The notes below the pieces were generated by a model. The model had not been told where the DNA came from and did not search any database. It saw only the letters and a program-made list of their open reading frames with translations. A DNA stretch of 64,000 bases, taken from an uncultured Planctomycetia bacterium (GTDB taxonomy: Bacteria; Omnitrophota; Gorgyraeia; Duberdicusellales; Duberdicusellaceae). The stretch lies in the NCBI GenBank assembly GCA_964634935.1, contig CAZWJT010000007.1, positions 77,808 through 141,807 of the forward strand. The letters run 5' to 3'. Made by a program: the position numbers and the translations under genes. This document shows, in pieces, positions 20,113-29,299 of this stretch (its first letter is position 1; each line of letters begins with the position of its first letter).

Positions 20113-20425
20113 CATGTAAATCAGTGCAGGAAAGGCATCTTCAATACTTACGGTGTTCTTTCTTCGGTATAGGATTCAGTGATTTTCTTCAAACGCATAT
20201 TCTTTCAATCCAGATATTGGTTGCGAGCCTAACTTTTTTTCTAGGCATACTCATTGCTTTTTTCCCACAAAAAGTCATTCAGTTGCAAATTGTTGCCTAT
20301 CGTTGCGTGAATTGGACAGCAGAGCCAGTTTCCCTGGAGAAAGAAGTACGCAATACGCGACTTATAGGTTTTCTTCTCATCCTGACCGGGCTGACTTCGC
20401 TTTACCTCCAGTTTTTCCATTAATC

Positions 20426-21205
20426 ATGCCAGAAGCAGATCCAAGAGTTTCCGAGAAAGAAGCGCATATTGCTCTCTGTAATCATAAGTTTAAAGAAGCG
20501 TTTTTATTTTATGAGCAAGCAGGGGAGGGATATGCCGCAGTGCATGATTTTCGTCAATCTGCACTTTGTTTTGCTGCCGCAGCAGGGGCATGGATTAAGG
20601 AGTGCGGAGAACAACGATTTCTGAATGCCGCATTATTTTATCGTAAGGCGGCAGAGCAAGCAGAGCGTTCTTCGGATTTCGAATACGCTGCCTTATTGTA
20701 TCAGAATGCCGCGATTAATTATGAGCGTGATGGTGATTTTCACAGCGTTTCAGAATGCTTTTATCGTTCCAAGGAAGCAAGAAGGAAGTTTCTTTTTTCC
20801 TGGTTGTTTTTCAGGATTTCCCTCGATGCTACTGTAACAAAGCAAAAAGCAAAAGGAGCGATTTTCTGGATCCAATCATTTCTTCTCTGGTGTTTGTATG
20901 GTTGTTCTTCGCTCATATGGGGGCACGGTGAAAGGCCATTTCGAGCATTTGTTACTGCGATAGGGCTTATTGTTTCCTCCACATTTTTTTATATGCAAAC
21001 AACACTGGAAAGCTCCGGAAAGATTTTTAGCCCCTCATTTGGTCAGGCATTTTATTTCAGCATTGTTACGTTTACAACTGTTGGGTATGGAGATATGTAT
21101 GCGGTTGGCGTCGGTAAAGCAATGGCGATGATCGAGGCTCTTTGTGGTGTTTTTCTTAGTTCTATCTGTATCGTTGCTCTTTCGCGCAAATATTTACGTG
21201 CCTGA
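20426..21205 (+). CDS. two-TM potassium-channel pore protein with N-terminal TPR-like cytoplasmic domain
   Basis: The 'TVGYGD' selectivity filter sits between two TM helices. The N-terminal ~150 aa are helical and rich in A/Y/E. Confidence 0.6.
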   Translation: MPEADPRVSEKEAHIALCNHKFKEAFLFYEQAGEGYAAVHDFRQSALCFAAAAGAWIKECGEQRFLNAALFYRKAAEQAERSSDFEYAALLYQNAAINYERDGDFHSVSECFYRSKEARRKFLFSWLFFRISLDATVTKQKAKGAIFWIQSFLLWCLYGCSSLIWGHGERPFRAFVTAIGLIVSSTFFYMQTTLESSGKIFSPSFGQAFYFSIVTFTTVGYGDMYAVGVGKAMAMIEALCGVFLSSICIVALSRKYLRA

Positions 21206-21255
21206 ACTTCACTTTGGTTTCAGCAGATGGGTGTGCTTACAGAGAAAGGAGATAT

Positions 21256-21384
21256 ATGGATTTTTTAAAAAAAATTATCGTAATTGCCGCGCTTTTGTTT
21301 GGTGTTTATCTGTTGGCGAAAAAATTTATCTTTCCGACAGTTGATCCTTTTATGAAGCAAAAGGTTCATTTTACAAATTATTGA
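21256..21384 (+). CDS. small hypothetical membrane protein (42 aa)
   Basis: A strong RBS, AAAGGAGATAT, precedes the ATG. The product is 'MDFLKKIIVIAALLFGVYLLAKKF...'. Confidence 0.3.
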   Translation: MDFLKKIIVIAALLFGVYLLAKKFIFPTVDPFMKQKVHFTNY

Positions 21385-21455
21385 AATTTCTTGCCTTCAA
21401 AATGTTCTGTGTTATAATTCTTTCGTATTTTTTGAAACTTATTGAGCTTTCTAAT

Positions 21456-21528
21456 GCCGAGGTAGCTCAGTCGGTAGAGCGAGGGACTGAAAATCCCTGC
21501 GTGGGGGGTTCGATTCCCTCCCTCGGCA
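21456..21528 (+). tRNA. tRNA-Phe (GAA)
   Basis: The acceptor stem is GCCGAGG/CCTCGGC. The D-loop is AGTCGGTAG. The anticodon loop is CTGAAAA. The T-loop is GGTTCGATTCC. The discriminator is A. No CCA is encoded. Confidence 0.85.
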
Positions 21529-21538
21529 TTTCTAGCAT

Positions 21539-22018
21539 ATGCCAAAAAAAAATTCGCTTCCTCTTGTTCTAGATCTTCTGCTTCATTTCTTTTCCACCTT
21601 ATTTTTTGCCGGATTTATATATTATTCAGGGGGAAGTTTTTCTTTGATTATCGCTGTTCTCTGCGGCGGTATTTTCATTGATTTAGATCATTTTCTTGAT
21701 TATATGCTTTATTATCGTTTTCGATGGAATTTCCAAGATTTTATTGAGACGCGGTTTCTTCTTTCCGGAAAAGTTTATGTGATTCTGCATGGCTGGGAAA
21801 TTGTTTCGGTATTTCTCATTCTCGGAATTTTTCTCAATTCTGCATTCTTAATAGTTTTTTCGAGCGCCATGGGAATGCATATTTTTATTGATCACATCCA
21901 ACGGTATAATCCGCTTTTCTATTTCTTGTCCTATCGAATCTTTCACCGCTTCTCAGTCGAACGGATTGCTCCTGAACTATTGAAAAAATTTTCTGCTATA
22001 CAAAATTCCGCCGAGTGA
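21539..22018 (+). CDS. membrane-bound metal-dependent hydrolase-like protein (DUF457/YdjM-like)
   Basis: It has four TM segments. The 'IDLDHF' and 'HIFIDH' motifs are present. Confidence 0.4.
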   Translation: MPKKNSLPLVLDLLLHFFSTLFFAGFIYYSGGSFSLIIAVLCGGIFIDLDHFLDYMLYYRFRWNFQDFIETRFLLSGKVYVILHGWEIVSVFLILGIFLNSAFLIVFSSAMGMHIFIDHIQRYNPLFYFLSYRIFHRFSVERIAPELLKKFSAIQNSAE

Positions 22019-22033
22019 TTTTTGGTTTATGTT

Positions 22034-23425
22034 TTATCCGTTTTCTTGGGTAAGTAAGCGGGGGATAGAACTGGGATTAAATTTTTGCGAGGGGAAACAT
22101 TCTCTCCAGACTGATTCTGTCTCCATGCAAAGATAGAGCGGTGTTTTTGCGTCATAAGCTCGTATAATTTTTATCATATGCCGGTACATTTCAACGCGTA
22201 AAAAATCCGGGTACCGCATTTTTTTGTCTTTGCCTAACAGTAACTCTCCATACTCGATCCGACTTCCAGGAAATCGTTTTTCGATGATTCCCTTTAAATC
22301 CCGGTGGAATCGAAGCGTGCCAAGGCTGATCCAGGCAAAGGGTGGCCTGAGGTTCAAATAAATTTTCTCAATCACCCGTTGATATGCTTCTTGCCAGCCG
22401 GAAAAGTAAATAATCGGGTCAAAGTGAAACCCGATAGAAAAGCCATGGTTTTGTACGATTTGAGCAGCATTGATCCGTTCCGCGAGCGGTGCAGTGGATA
22501 ATTCTTCACGGATTACGAAAAATTCGGGATTTACTGACCAGGAGATTACTATATTTTTCGAAGGCTTTTCAGTAATAATATTTTCAATACAAGCACTTTT
22601 TGTTTTGAGTTCAAAGAATACGTTTTGTTTTGCGAAAAACCTGATTAATTCTCGAGAATAGAGAGTAAAACTGTCAAGCGCGAGGGAATCGCAGAATTCG
22701 CCTGTGCCAATTCTTATCGCGGTTTTTTGGTTTTTTAATACACCGGCTGTCCGACGAATAAAATCGTTCATATTAGCTGGCAGAATTATGCCTGGAAAAT
22801 TTTGATAGTGCTGCAGGTAGCAATATGAGCAATCAAACGGGCAACCGAAGCCGAGATTGAGGATGAAATATCCGCAGCGTATGTGCTGCTTAGTGCACGG
22901 GCAGGGTTTAAAGAAGTCCCAGATTTCTTTCACGATAAACAGGAGTGGTTTCTTAAGGTTTTCCGAATTGAAAGTCAGTTCCTTGCGCAGCGGAGCTATC
23001 TGATTAACGTAGATAATCGGGATTTTTGGGAAATAATCTTTTGCCCGATGAGCCAAAAATGAATCTTTTGCGTTTTGTTCGATAAATATTTGCTCTGGAA
23101 TAAATGGTTTCTTTGGGTGGTAACTGTTTTGGTGCGATTCAGAGATTGCATTCAAGAATAACGAGTCGGATTTGATTTCTTGGCGGGCGCTGGTTAGAGG
23201 ATAACGTATATGGATTAACGATTTTTTTATGCGAGAAAATAAATCGTTGTTTTGTATTTTTTTATCGCCAAAACTTTTTTTTATTTGGTTTATTATGTTC
23301 TGTGATGAGCAGGGCGTAATTTTTTCAATTTCATAAAGCAATCTGGATATTTCTCGGGTTTGGTTTTTGTTAAAACGTACCGAAAATGATTTTTCTATTT
23401 CTCGGGTAAAGATATTTTGATTCAT
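22034..23425 (-). CDS. radical SAM protein, SPL/SplB-like (COG1533-like) with an N-terminal extension
   Basis: 'GFGCPFDCSYCYLQ' is a CxxxCxxC motif in SPL-like context. The ~150-aa N-terminal extra region has no recognizable motifs. Confidence 0.5.
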   Translation of the reverse strand: MNQNIFTREIEKSFSVRFNKNQTREISRLLYEIEKITPCSSQNIINQIKKSFGDKKIQNNDLFSRIKKSLIHIRYPLTSARQEIKSDSLFLNAISESHQNSYHPKKPFIPEQIFIEQNAKDSFLAHRAKDYFPKIPIIYVNQIAPLRKELTFNSENLKKPLLFIVKEIWDFFKPCPCTKQHIRCGYFILNLGFGCPFDCSYCYLQHYQNFPGIILPANMNDFIRRTAGVLKNQKTAIRIGTGEFCDSLALDSFTLYSRELIRFFAKQNVFFELKTKSACIENIITEKPSKNIVISWSVNPEFFVIREELSTAPLAERINAAQIVQNHGFSIGFHFDPIIYFSGWQEAYQRVIEKIYLNLRPPFAWISLGTLRFHRDLKGIIEKRFPGSRIEYGELLLGKDKKMRYPDFLRVEMYRHMIKIIRAYDAKTPLYLCMETESVWRECFPSQKFNPSSIPRLLTQENG

Positions 23426-24318
23426 TGTTTTCGGTAGTATTCTATTATTCTTTTCGTTTCTTCTTCAATCTTCTGGGCCTTTGTTTTGTCCCTTTTCTGA
23501 AGGCCACGAATATAGATATTTGTTTTTTCTTGAAGGACTCGGAGCGCGGCATCGCGGTAGTTACGTTCCAGAAGCGGGTCAGCAATGATTTTTTTGATAG
23601 CCTGGATTCGGTATTGGTCCAGGGCGGGTATTCGCTTTGACTGCTGGTCAAAGCGGCCTCCTTCCTTAATGGTAAGATAGAGAGGAATATGTTTGACTGG
23701 GAATACCGCGGTTACTCGTAACCAAAATTCATAGTCTTCACAGGCAGGCAGCTGTTCATCGAATATTCCAATCTGCGCGAAAACATCTTTTTTGATACAC
23801 GCCGTCGATATGCTGATGGAGCAAATTTTAAGCGCTTCCTGAAAAATATTGCCGTCGGGTTTTTTATGTTTTTTGTGTTGCGCGAGGAAGCAGCCGTTTC
23901 TGTACCAAATTTCTTCCGTATGAAATACCCGATAAGTTGGGTAGCGGTGGATAAATTCATGGGTTTTTGCGAGTTTCTCAATGCGGAATCGATCGTCTGA
24001 GTCCAAGAAACAAATGAATTTCCCATGCGTATTTTTAATGCCAAGATTTCGCGCCGCGGCCGGCCCTCTGTTGTTTTGATGAAAGAAGCGTACGCGTTGG
24101 TCATGGATCGAACTGAGATATTTTCCGGTTGCGTCGGTTGAGCCATCATCTATTATTAAAAGTTCAAAATCCGTGAAGTTTTGTTCCAGCACAGATTCGA
24201 CCGCCACCTTCAGCAATGGCTGACGATTGTAGGTAGGAATAATCACCGAAAAGAACGGCTGTAAATCAATCATAGCGGATTGCTGATGAATAAAAATTGT
24301 TAAATTCGGGGATGACAA
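23422..24318 (-). CDS. glycosyltransferase family 2
   Basis: 'FSVIIPTYNRQPLLKVAVESVLEQ...LLIIDDGSTD' is the canonical GT2 N-terminus with a DxD-type motif. Confidence 0.7.
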   Translation of the reverse strand: MSSPNLTIFIHQQSAMIDLQPFFSVIIPTYNRQPLLKVAVESVLEQNFTDFELLIIDDGSTDATGKYLSSIHDQRVRFFHQNNRGPAAARNLGIKNTHGKFICFLDSDDRFRIEKLAKTHEFIHRYPTYRVFHTEEIWYRNGCFLAQHKKHKKPDGNIFQEALKICSISISTACIKKDVFAQIGIFDEQLPACEDYEFWLRVTAVFPVKHIPLYLTIKEGGRFDQQSKRIPALDQYRIQAIKKIIADPLLERNYRDAALRVLQEKTNIYIRGLQKRDKTKAQKIEEETKRIIEYYRKQ

Positions 24319-25117
24319 AACGAACGATCGGTTGAGCGTTTGTCAGTTTTGATAGGATCATTTCTTTTTTTCTTGCGACAAACGAAAGAAATGAATCGTT
24401 CGAAACGTAGTTTTTTTCAACGTCATTTGCGTATTCATCCTGGTTTTGTTCTCGGAGACGCCGCAGTAACAAAGGTAAGTTGCCCATGCGAGCGTTAAAA
24501 AACTCGACCTCAAAACTACTATTTGAAAGCGGGCTGTTTTCGAGGACGTAATTGCATGAGTCAAATACGGAGAGCAATGGACTGATATGTATTACCATTT
24601 TGATCTGCGCATTAGAGATTTCCTTTAACGTTTTTACCCTCTGCTCGAGAGAAGGGCTTTTGGGTTCGAGAATCGGTAAAAGCGGTTTAGGTGCGCAAGG
24701 GAGCGTAAAAAATATTTTATTTTCTGGGTGATAGGTAAGCAGTGCTATGTATTCTGAAATAAGAGGAGAACGGGTGAGTATCGCACAGGGAATGTTGTGA
24801 TCTTTTAGGATTTTTAAAATGCTTTCAGTCACACGAAATTTCTGTTCTACAGGCTGGAAACATTCTGTGGTTGAGCCAAGTAATATTTTTTTTGGTTTAT
24901 AGAGGTTTATTTCGCGTTCGAGAATTGGCTCAATGTTTTCTTTTATTTCTACAAATTCACCCCACGGTTCATTTTGTTTCTTTGCGCTTTTATTGGACTG
25001 TGCATAGCAATATAGGCAGCCAAAAGAACAGCCTCGGTAAGGATTAATGACGAAATCTGCAATGCTAATTTGTGTGGGAGAAAGAATTTTTTGCGACTTG
25101 ATTTTGCGAATGGTCAT
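24266..25117 (-). CDS. SPL-family radical SAM protein
   Basis: 'NPYRGCSFGCLYCYA' is the spore-photoproduct-lyase-family CxxxCxxC signature. Confidence 0.55.
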   Translation of the reverse strand: MTIRKIKSQKILSPTQISIADFVINPYRGCSFGCLYCYAQSNKSAKKQNEPWGEFVEIKENIEPILEREINLYKPKKILLGSTTECFQPVEQKFRVTESILKILKDHNIPCAILTRSPLISEYIALLTYHPENKIFFTLPCAPKPLLPILEPKSPSLEQRVKTLKEISNAQIKMVIHISPLLSVFDSCNYVLENSPLSNSSFEVEFFNARMGNLPLLLRRLREQNQDEYANDVEKNYVSNDSFLSFVARKKEMILSKLTNAQPIVRFVIPEFNNFYSSAIRYD

Positions 25118-26387
25118 AGAGATTGTCGATAAACGATTTTTTATGTCGTATTTTTTCCTTTAAGATAAAATCCACAGCCTTCCGAAGTCTTTTGCGTAAG
25201 TGTTTTTGTGGATGCCACGGAACAGGCGTTTTCATTATATCACTTGCCGGATAGGGGACAAAACAATTCAGTTGCGCTATTTTCGGGATGATTTTCTTGT
25301 TTTCCTTAAGGAAGGCAAGCGTTTCTTGGAAATGAAAATCATCTTCGCCGGGATACCCAACCATCAGGCTTATCTCAAAGAATATTTTTTCTGCGATTAA
25401 GTTCTGAAACATGCATTTTGCATCTTCTTTCTGAAAGTATTTTCCCATTTTATTGAGTATATAATTTGAGCCTGATTCAAGTCCAAGAAAGATATTGATG
25501 CAGCCACTTTTTTTTATGAGTTTTAAGATATTTCTATCCATGTCTGGGCGGATAATCATCTGGGCTTGCCATTTTAAATCTAATTTCCTCCGGTTCAGTA
25601 ACTGACAAAATTTTTCCAGCCATGAGATGTTGAAGTTTAAGAGTGAATCATGAAATGTGAAATTCGAAACGTTGTATTTTTTCGAAAGATATTCCAGATG
25701 GTCTACGACATAGTGCGGAGAATGAAACCGAAATGCTGCTGTCAGGTTTTTTTCAGCACAAAACGTGCATTTTCCAATGCAACCACGGCTTGCCAGAAGC
25801 GCGATTGTTCTGTTGTATCGTTCCGGTTCAATTGAAGAAAGATTTAAGAAAGGAAGCGTGTCGAGATTTTCTATCTCTTGATGCAGATACATTGTTTGTG
25901 GTCGCGGTTTTTCTAAAATATCGAGGAGCGGTTTTTCTCCTTCTCCGATGACTTGAATGCCGCGTTCAAATAGCGCTCTATTGTTCTGGTGATATTGCCA
26001 GAGTATTTCTGGTCCGCCAAAAATTATCCTTGGTGATCCGCAGTGAGCGATTTTCTCCGCAAGCGCGAGAGAGAAGCTGAGATTTCTTCGAGAAAGAGAG
26101 AAGCCGACAAAGCGGTATTTTCTGGCTTTTCTGGAGAGTTCATGAATGTAATATGGAAGTTTATTTTTTGTTTCCGTGAATACATTGTTCTCAAAGGCAC
26201 TGTTTAGGGTATTCCAGTGGAACTTTAGGTGTGGCATGTGTTTTACGATCACGCAGTTTATATCCTGAACGTCGAAGGAAATTTTTTTGTGTTTTAAGAA
26301 ACTTTTAAGGTACGCTATGCTCAGCGGAGGGGTAGAAAGCGGGTGTGGCGGGCAGAGAAGGAGTAAGAAATCCTTCATTTCTTTCAT
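25065..26387 (-). CDS. B12-binding-domain radical SAM protein (class B)
   Basis: The N-terminus is a Rossmann-like, B12-binding-like domain. 'ASRGCIGKCTFCAE' is a CxxxCxxC motif. Confidence 0.6.
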   Translation of the reverse strand: MKEMKDFLLLLCPPHPLSTPPLSIAYLKSFLKHKKISFDVQDINCVIVKHMPHLKFHWNTLNSAFENNVFTETKNKLPYYIHELSRKARKYRFVGFSLSRRNLSFSLALAEKIAHCGSPRIIFGGPEILWQYHQNNRALFERGIQVIGEGEKPLLDILEKPRPQTMYLHQEIENLDTLPFLNLSSIEPERYNRTIALLASRGCIGKCTFCAEKNLTAAFRFHSPHYVVDHLEYLSKKYNVSNFTFHDSLLNFNISWLEKFCQLLNRRKLDLKWQAQMIIRPDMDRNILKLIKKSGCINIFLGLESGSNYILNKMGKYFQKEDAKCMFQNLIAEKIFFEISLMVGYPGEDDFHFQETLAFLKENKKIIPKIAQLNCFVPYPASDIMKTPVPWHPQKHLRKRLRKAVDFILKEKIRHKKSFIDNLYDHSQNQVAKNSFSHTN

Positions 26388-26441
26388 TCGGAACGTTCGG
26401 TTTGTTTTTGGCTAGATTATGTAAAAAGAAGTTAGAGTTTA

Positions 26442-26846
26442 TTAAAGTTCGTTGATTCCAACCGGCGTTAACAGAAAAGTTTTCCTACCCAAAGAGCCGG
26501 CAGGTGTGGCTAAGACATCGTACCATGTTTCATTGGCAATGCAGTCAAATGAGTGTCCTGACGTAATATTGCCTCCGCAGGCGGAGGATCTTAGGTAGCC
26601 TTCTGTCACCAAATAGTCGAAATCCGAGACTTCCCCCCCAGGAGTGAAGCGACCTCCAAAATCAGATGCGTAGTTTTCCAGGGCGGTTTGCATGGCTTTT
26701 AACCTGACCTTCGTTGAAGAATCATTCGCTGTTTTTTTGGCAGAGATCATTACTGGCACCGAGACTGACACAAGTAACGCGAGGATTGCGATAACAATCA
26801 TTATTTCAATAAGGGTAAAGCTTGATCTTCTTTGCATCTTTACCAT
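26442..26846 (-). CDS. prepilin-type N-terminal cleavage/methylation domain protein (pilin/pseudopilin-like)
   Basis: 'SSFTLIEIMIVIAILALL' has the class III signal-peptide architecture with E at +5. Residue -1 is Ser rather than the usual Gly. Confidence 0.65.
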   Translation of the reverse strand: MVKMQRRSSFTLIEIMIVIAILALLVSVSVPVMISAKKTANDSSTKVRLKAMQTALENYASDFGGRFTPGGEVSDFDYLVTEGYLRSSACGGNITSGHSFDCIANETWYDVLATPAGSLGRKTFLLTPVGINEL

Positions 26847-26947
26847 GATTCTTTTTAATTTTAAAATATTTTACCATAAATCGCCATAAGTACTATAAAA
26901 AAAAACTACTTGTGGTACGATAAGAGCAGAAAAGCGTATTTGTAATT

Positions 26948-28081
26948 ATGAAAATTTCCTTGTATCTCCATATTCCGTTTTGTAGCAAAAAATGTGCGTA
27001 CTGTACGTTTTATAGTATTCCGTATCACAGGGATACCGCTAAGCTTTTTATTCAGGTTCTTTGTCGGGAAATCAGAAGGCTCGAAAGCCAGAACTTTCAA
27101 TGTTCAACGATTTATATCGGCGGAGGAACTCCGTCGATTCTGGATTCTGATCTCATTGAAAAGCTACTGGAGCATCTTTCTAGATTCCTTGTAAGCAGCA
27201 AGGAGAATACCATTGAGGTTAATCCAGAGTCTTTCGACTTTCACAAGGCATCATTGTATCGTTCATACGGTTTAAACCGAGTCAGTATCGGAGTACAGAC
27301 TTTTTGCGGCGCGCAGTTAGCTCTTTTAGGGAGAAAGCATTCTTCACGGCAAGCCCAAGAGGCGGTAGCCGCTTGTGTGCAAGCAGGATTTAAGAATATC
27401 AGTGTTGATATGCTTTGTGGTTTACCAGGAAATTTTCAAAAAGACCTGGAAAGTCAATTTCAGGTAATAGTCAAAGCCCCCATTACTCATATTTCCTGGT
27501 ACATGTTATCGTGTGAAAAAGGTACTGAGTTATTTAGGAAGGTGAAAGCAGGCGGTATCCGTTTACCCAACGAAGAAGATGCTGTATGCCAATATTACTT
27601 TGGCCTTGATTTCCTAAAAAATAACGGTTTTCAGCATTATGAGATTTCTAATTTTGCCAAGAATGGTTTTTTGTGCCAGCATAATCTTTGTTACTGGAAT
27701 AAGCAGGCATATGTAGGGTTGGGGCCTTCTGCGGTGTCTTATCTGAATGGCCAAAGAGAACAGAGAGTTGCTTCGGTTGAGGCCTACATACGGAGAGCTC
27801 ATCGGAACGAATCAGTTATTTCCTGTTCTGAAAAACTGAGTTCTTTGCGCCAAGCCCGTGAATATGCCGCAATTTCCATACGAAGAATAGCCGGCATTGA
27901 TTATAAGGATTTTGAGGAAAAAACCTCCTTTGCTTTTGAATGTATCTATAAGAATGAAATATCTGTTTTACGAAAGCAAGGGCTGATTATTCCCAAAAAA
28001 CACAAACGTCTTACGTCTGGAGTTTGTTTAACGAGAAAGGGGATTATTTTCTGTGATTTTGTTTCACGAACACTTGTTTAA
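26948..28081 (+). CDS. hemW: radical SAM heme chaperone HemW (HemN-like)
   Basis: 'HIPFCSKKCAYCTF' is a CxxxCxxC motif. The HemN_C-like C-terminus is present. The protein is about 377 aa. Confidence 0.8.
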   Translation: MKISLYLHIPFCSKKCAYCTFYSIPYHRDTAKLFIQVLCREIRRLESQNFQCSTIYIGGGTPSILDSDLIEKLLEHLSRFLVSSKENTIEVNPESFDFHKASLYRSYGLNRVSIGVQTFCGAQLALLGRKHSSRQAQEAVAACVQAGFKNISVDMLCGLPGNFQKDLESQFQVIVKAPITHISWYMLSCEKGTELFRKVKAGGIRLPNEEDAVCQYYFGLDFLKNNGFQHYEISNFAKNGFLCQHNLCYWNKQAYVGLGPSAVSYLNGQREQRVASVEAYIRRAHRNESVISCSEKLSSLRQAREYAAISIRRIAGIDYKDFEEKTSFAFECIYKNEISVLRKQGLIIPKKHKRLTSGVCLTRKGIIFCDFVSRTLV

Positions 28082-28153
28082 AAACGATATTTATTCGGTT
28101 TTGGTTCATTGACTTTTTTAGTATTGTCTTTATACTACTTTTAGGAGCAAAAA

Positions 28154-29299
28154 ATGCGCATTTTTTGGATCACTGTCTTTATTTTTCTACTTTTCGGATT
28201 TTCTACTTTTCTTCCTGCAGAACAGAAACATGAACTACATGTTTTTTATTCTGAGCACTGCCATGCGTGCATCAAGGTAAAGAAAGAAATAATCCCTCGA
28301 ATAGAAGAACTCTATGGGGAGAAGGTTTCTGTTGTTTTTCTCGAGATCAGCAATCCACAAAATTTAAGCCGTCTCTTGGAAATAGACAATTTAGTCGGCG
28401 CGGCAAAGCCATTCGTTCCTACCATAGTTATAGCCGATAAGGTTTTTATTGGAAAAGATAGTATTGAGCAAGAGCTCCTTCCGTTTCTCGACTCCTTCCT
28501 TACAATGCCACGGCGGACCTCTTTCACGGCAACTTCGCCTATTGACTTGCAGGAATATTTCAAAAAATTTTCTGTACTCACTATTCTTGGAGCTGGCCTC
28601 ATCGATGGAGTTAATCCTTGCGCCTTTACGGTCATAGTTTTTTTTATCTCTTTTCTTACTTTTTACGGCTACAGCAAAAAAGAGCTTGTTTTTATCGGAA
28701 GCGGGTATATCCTTTCAGTCTTTTTAAGTTATCTTCTGATTGGTCTGGGGCTTTTTAAATTTCTCTATGCGTTGTCGGCTTTTTATTTCATCATCAAGAT
28801 TTTTTACTGGTGTATTGCGGGGTTGTGTTTTACCTTGAGCATTTTTTCTTTCTACGATTTTATAAAATTTAAGAAGACCAAAAACCCCGAAGAGTCTTCC
28901 TTAAGACTTCCGGTATTCTTCAAGCAGGCAATTCAGCGTTTTATCGGGAAAAGCTATCGGGGAAGGAGTCGCAAGGCAAATACTATCATCCTTTTCTTGG
29001 GGACTTTTGCGATAGGCGCAGTTATTTCTCTACTGGAAGCAGTATGTACAGGTCAAGTGTATCTACCAGTCATTACGTTTATCATGCGGGTTCCGGAGCT
29101 GCGGGTAAAGGCATTCTTTTACTTTTTCTTATACAATTTTATGTTTATCGTTCCGCTGATTCTTGTTTTTCTCTGTGCATTGTGGGGAGCTACATCGGAA
29201 GATTTTTCGCGCCTTATGAAGCGGTATTTTGGGACGATCAAGGTTTTAATGGGGATTCTGTTTCTAATTTTGGGAGGAGTTATGGTATGGGGCGTATAG
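28154..29299 (+). CDS. thioredoxin-fold (CxxC) domain fused to a CcdA/DsbD-like transmembrane thiol-disulfide transporter
   Basis: The signal/TM segment is followed by 'EHCHAC' in a Trx-like ~110-aa segment. The polytopic domain carries 'GVNPCAF' and 'AVCTGQ', which are membrane-embedded Cys residues typical of CcdA/DsbD. Confidence 0.5.
   Translation: MRIFWITVFIFLLFGFSTFLPAEQKHELHVFYSEHCHACIKVKKEIIPRIEELYGEKVSVVFLEISNPQNLSRLLEIDNLVGAAKPFVPTIVIADKVFIGKDSIEQELLPFLDSFLTMPRRTSFTATSPIDLQEYFKKFSVLTILGAGLIDGVNPCAFTVIVFFISFLTFYGYSKKELVFIGSGYILSVFLSYLLIGLGLFKFLYALSAFYFIIKIFYWCIAGLCFTLSIFSFYDFIKFKKTKNPEESSLRLPVFFKQAIQRFIGKSYRGRSRKANTIILFLGTFAIGAVISLLEAVCTGQVYLPVITFIMRVPELRVKAFFYFFLYNFMFIVPLILVFLCALWGATSEDFSRLMKRYFGTIKVLMGILFLILGGVMVWGV

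Noticed and set aside
20022-20423. 133-aa ORF
   Set aside because: Its 5' half is an alternative frame of the more plausible 51-aa small membrane ORF (19957..20112). Only the hydrophobic 3' third might be real, via an internal TTG, and that is unsupported.
21381-21572. 63-aa ORF on the + strand
   Set aside because: It overlaps the tRNA-Phe gene almost completely. It is spurious.
26450-26470. Partial similarity 'GTTGATTCCA' to the tRNA-Phe T-arm as a possible island att repeat
   Set aside because: Only about 9 of 11 nt match. It lies inside the pilin gene. This is insufficient.
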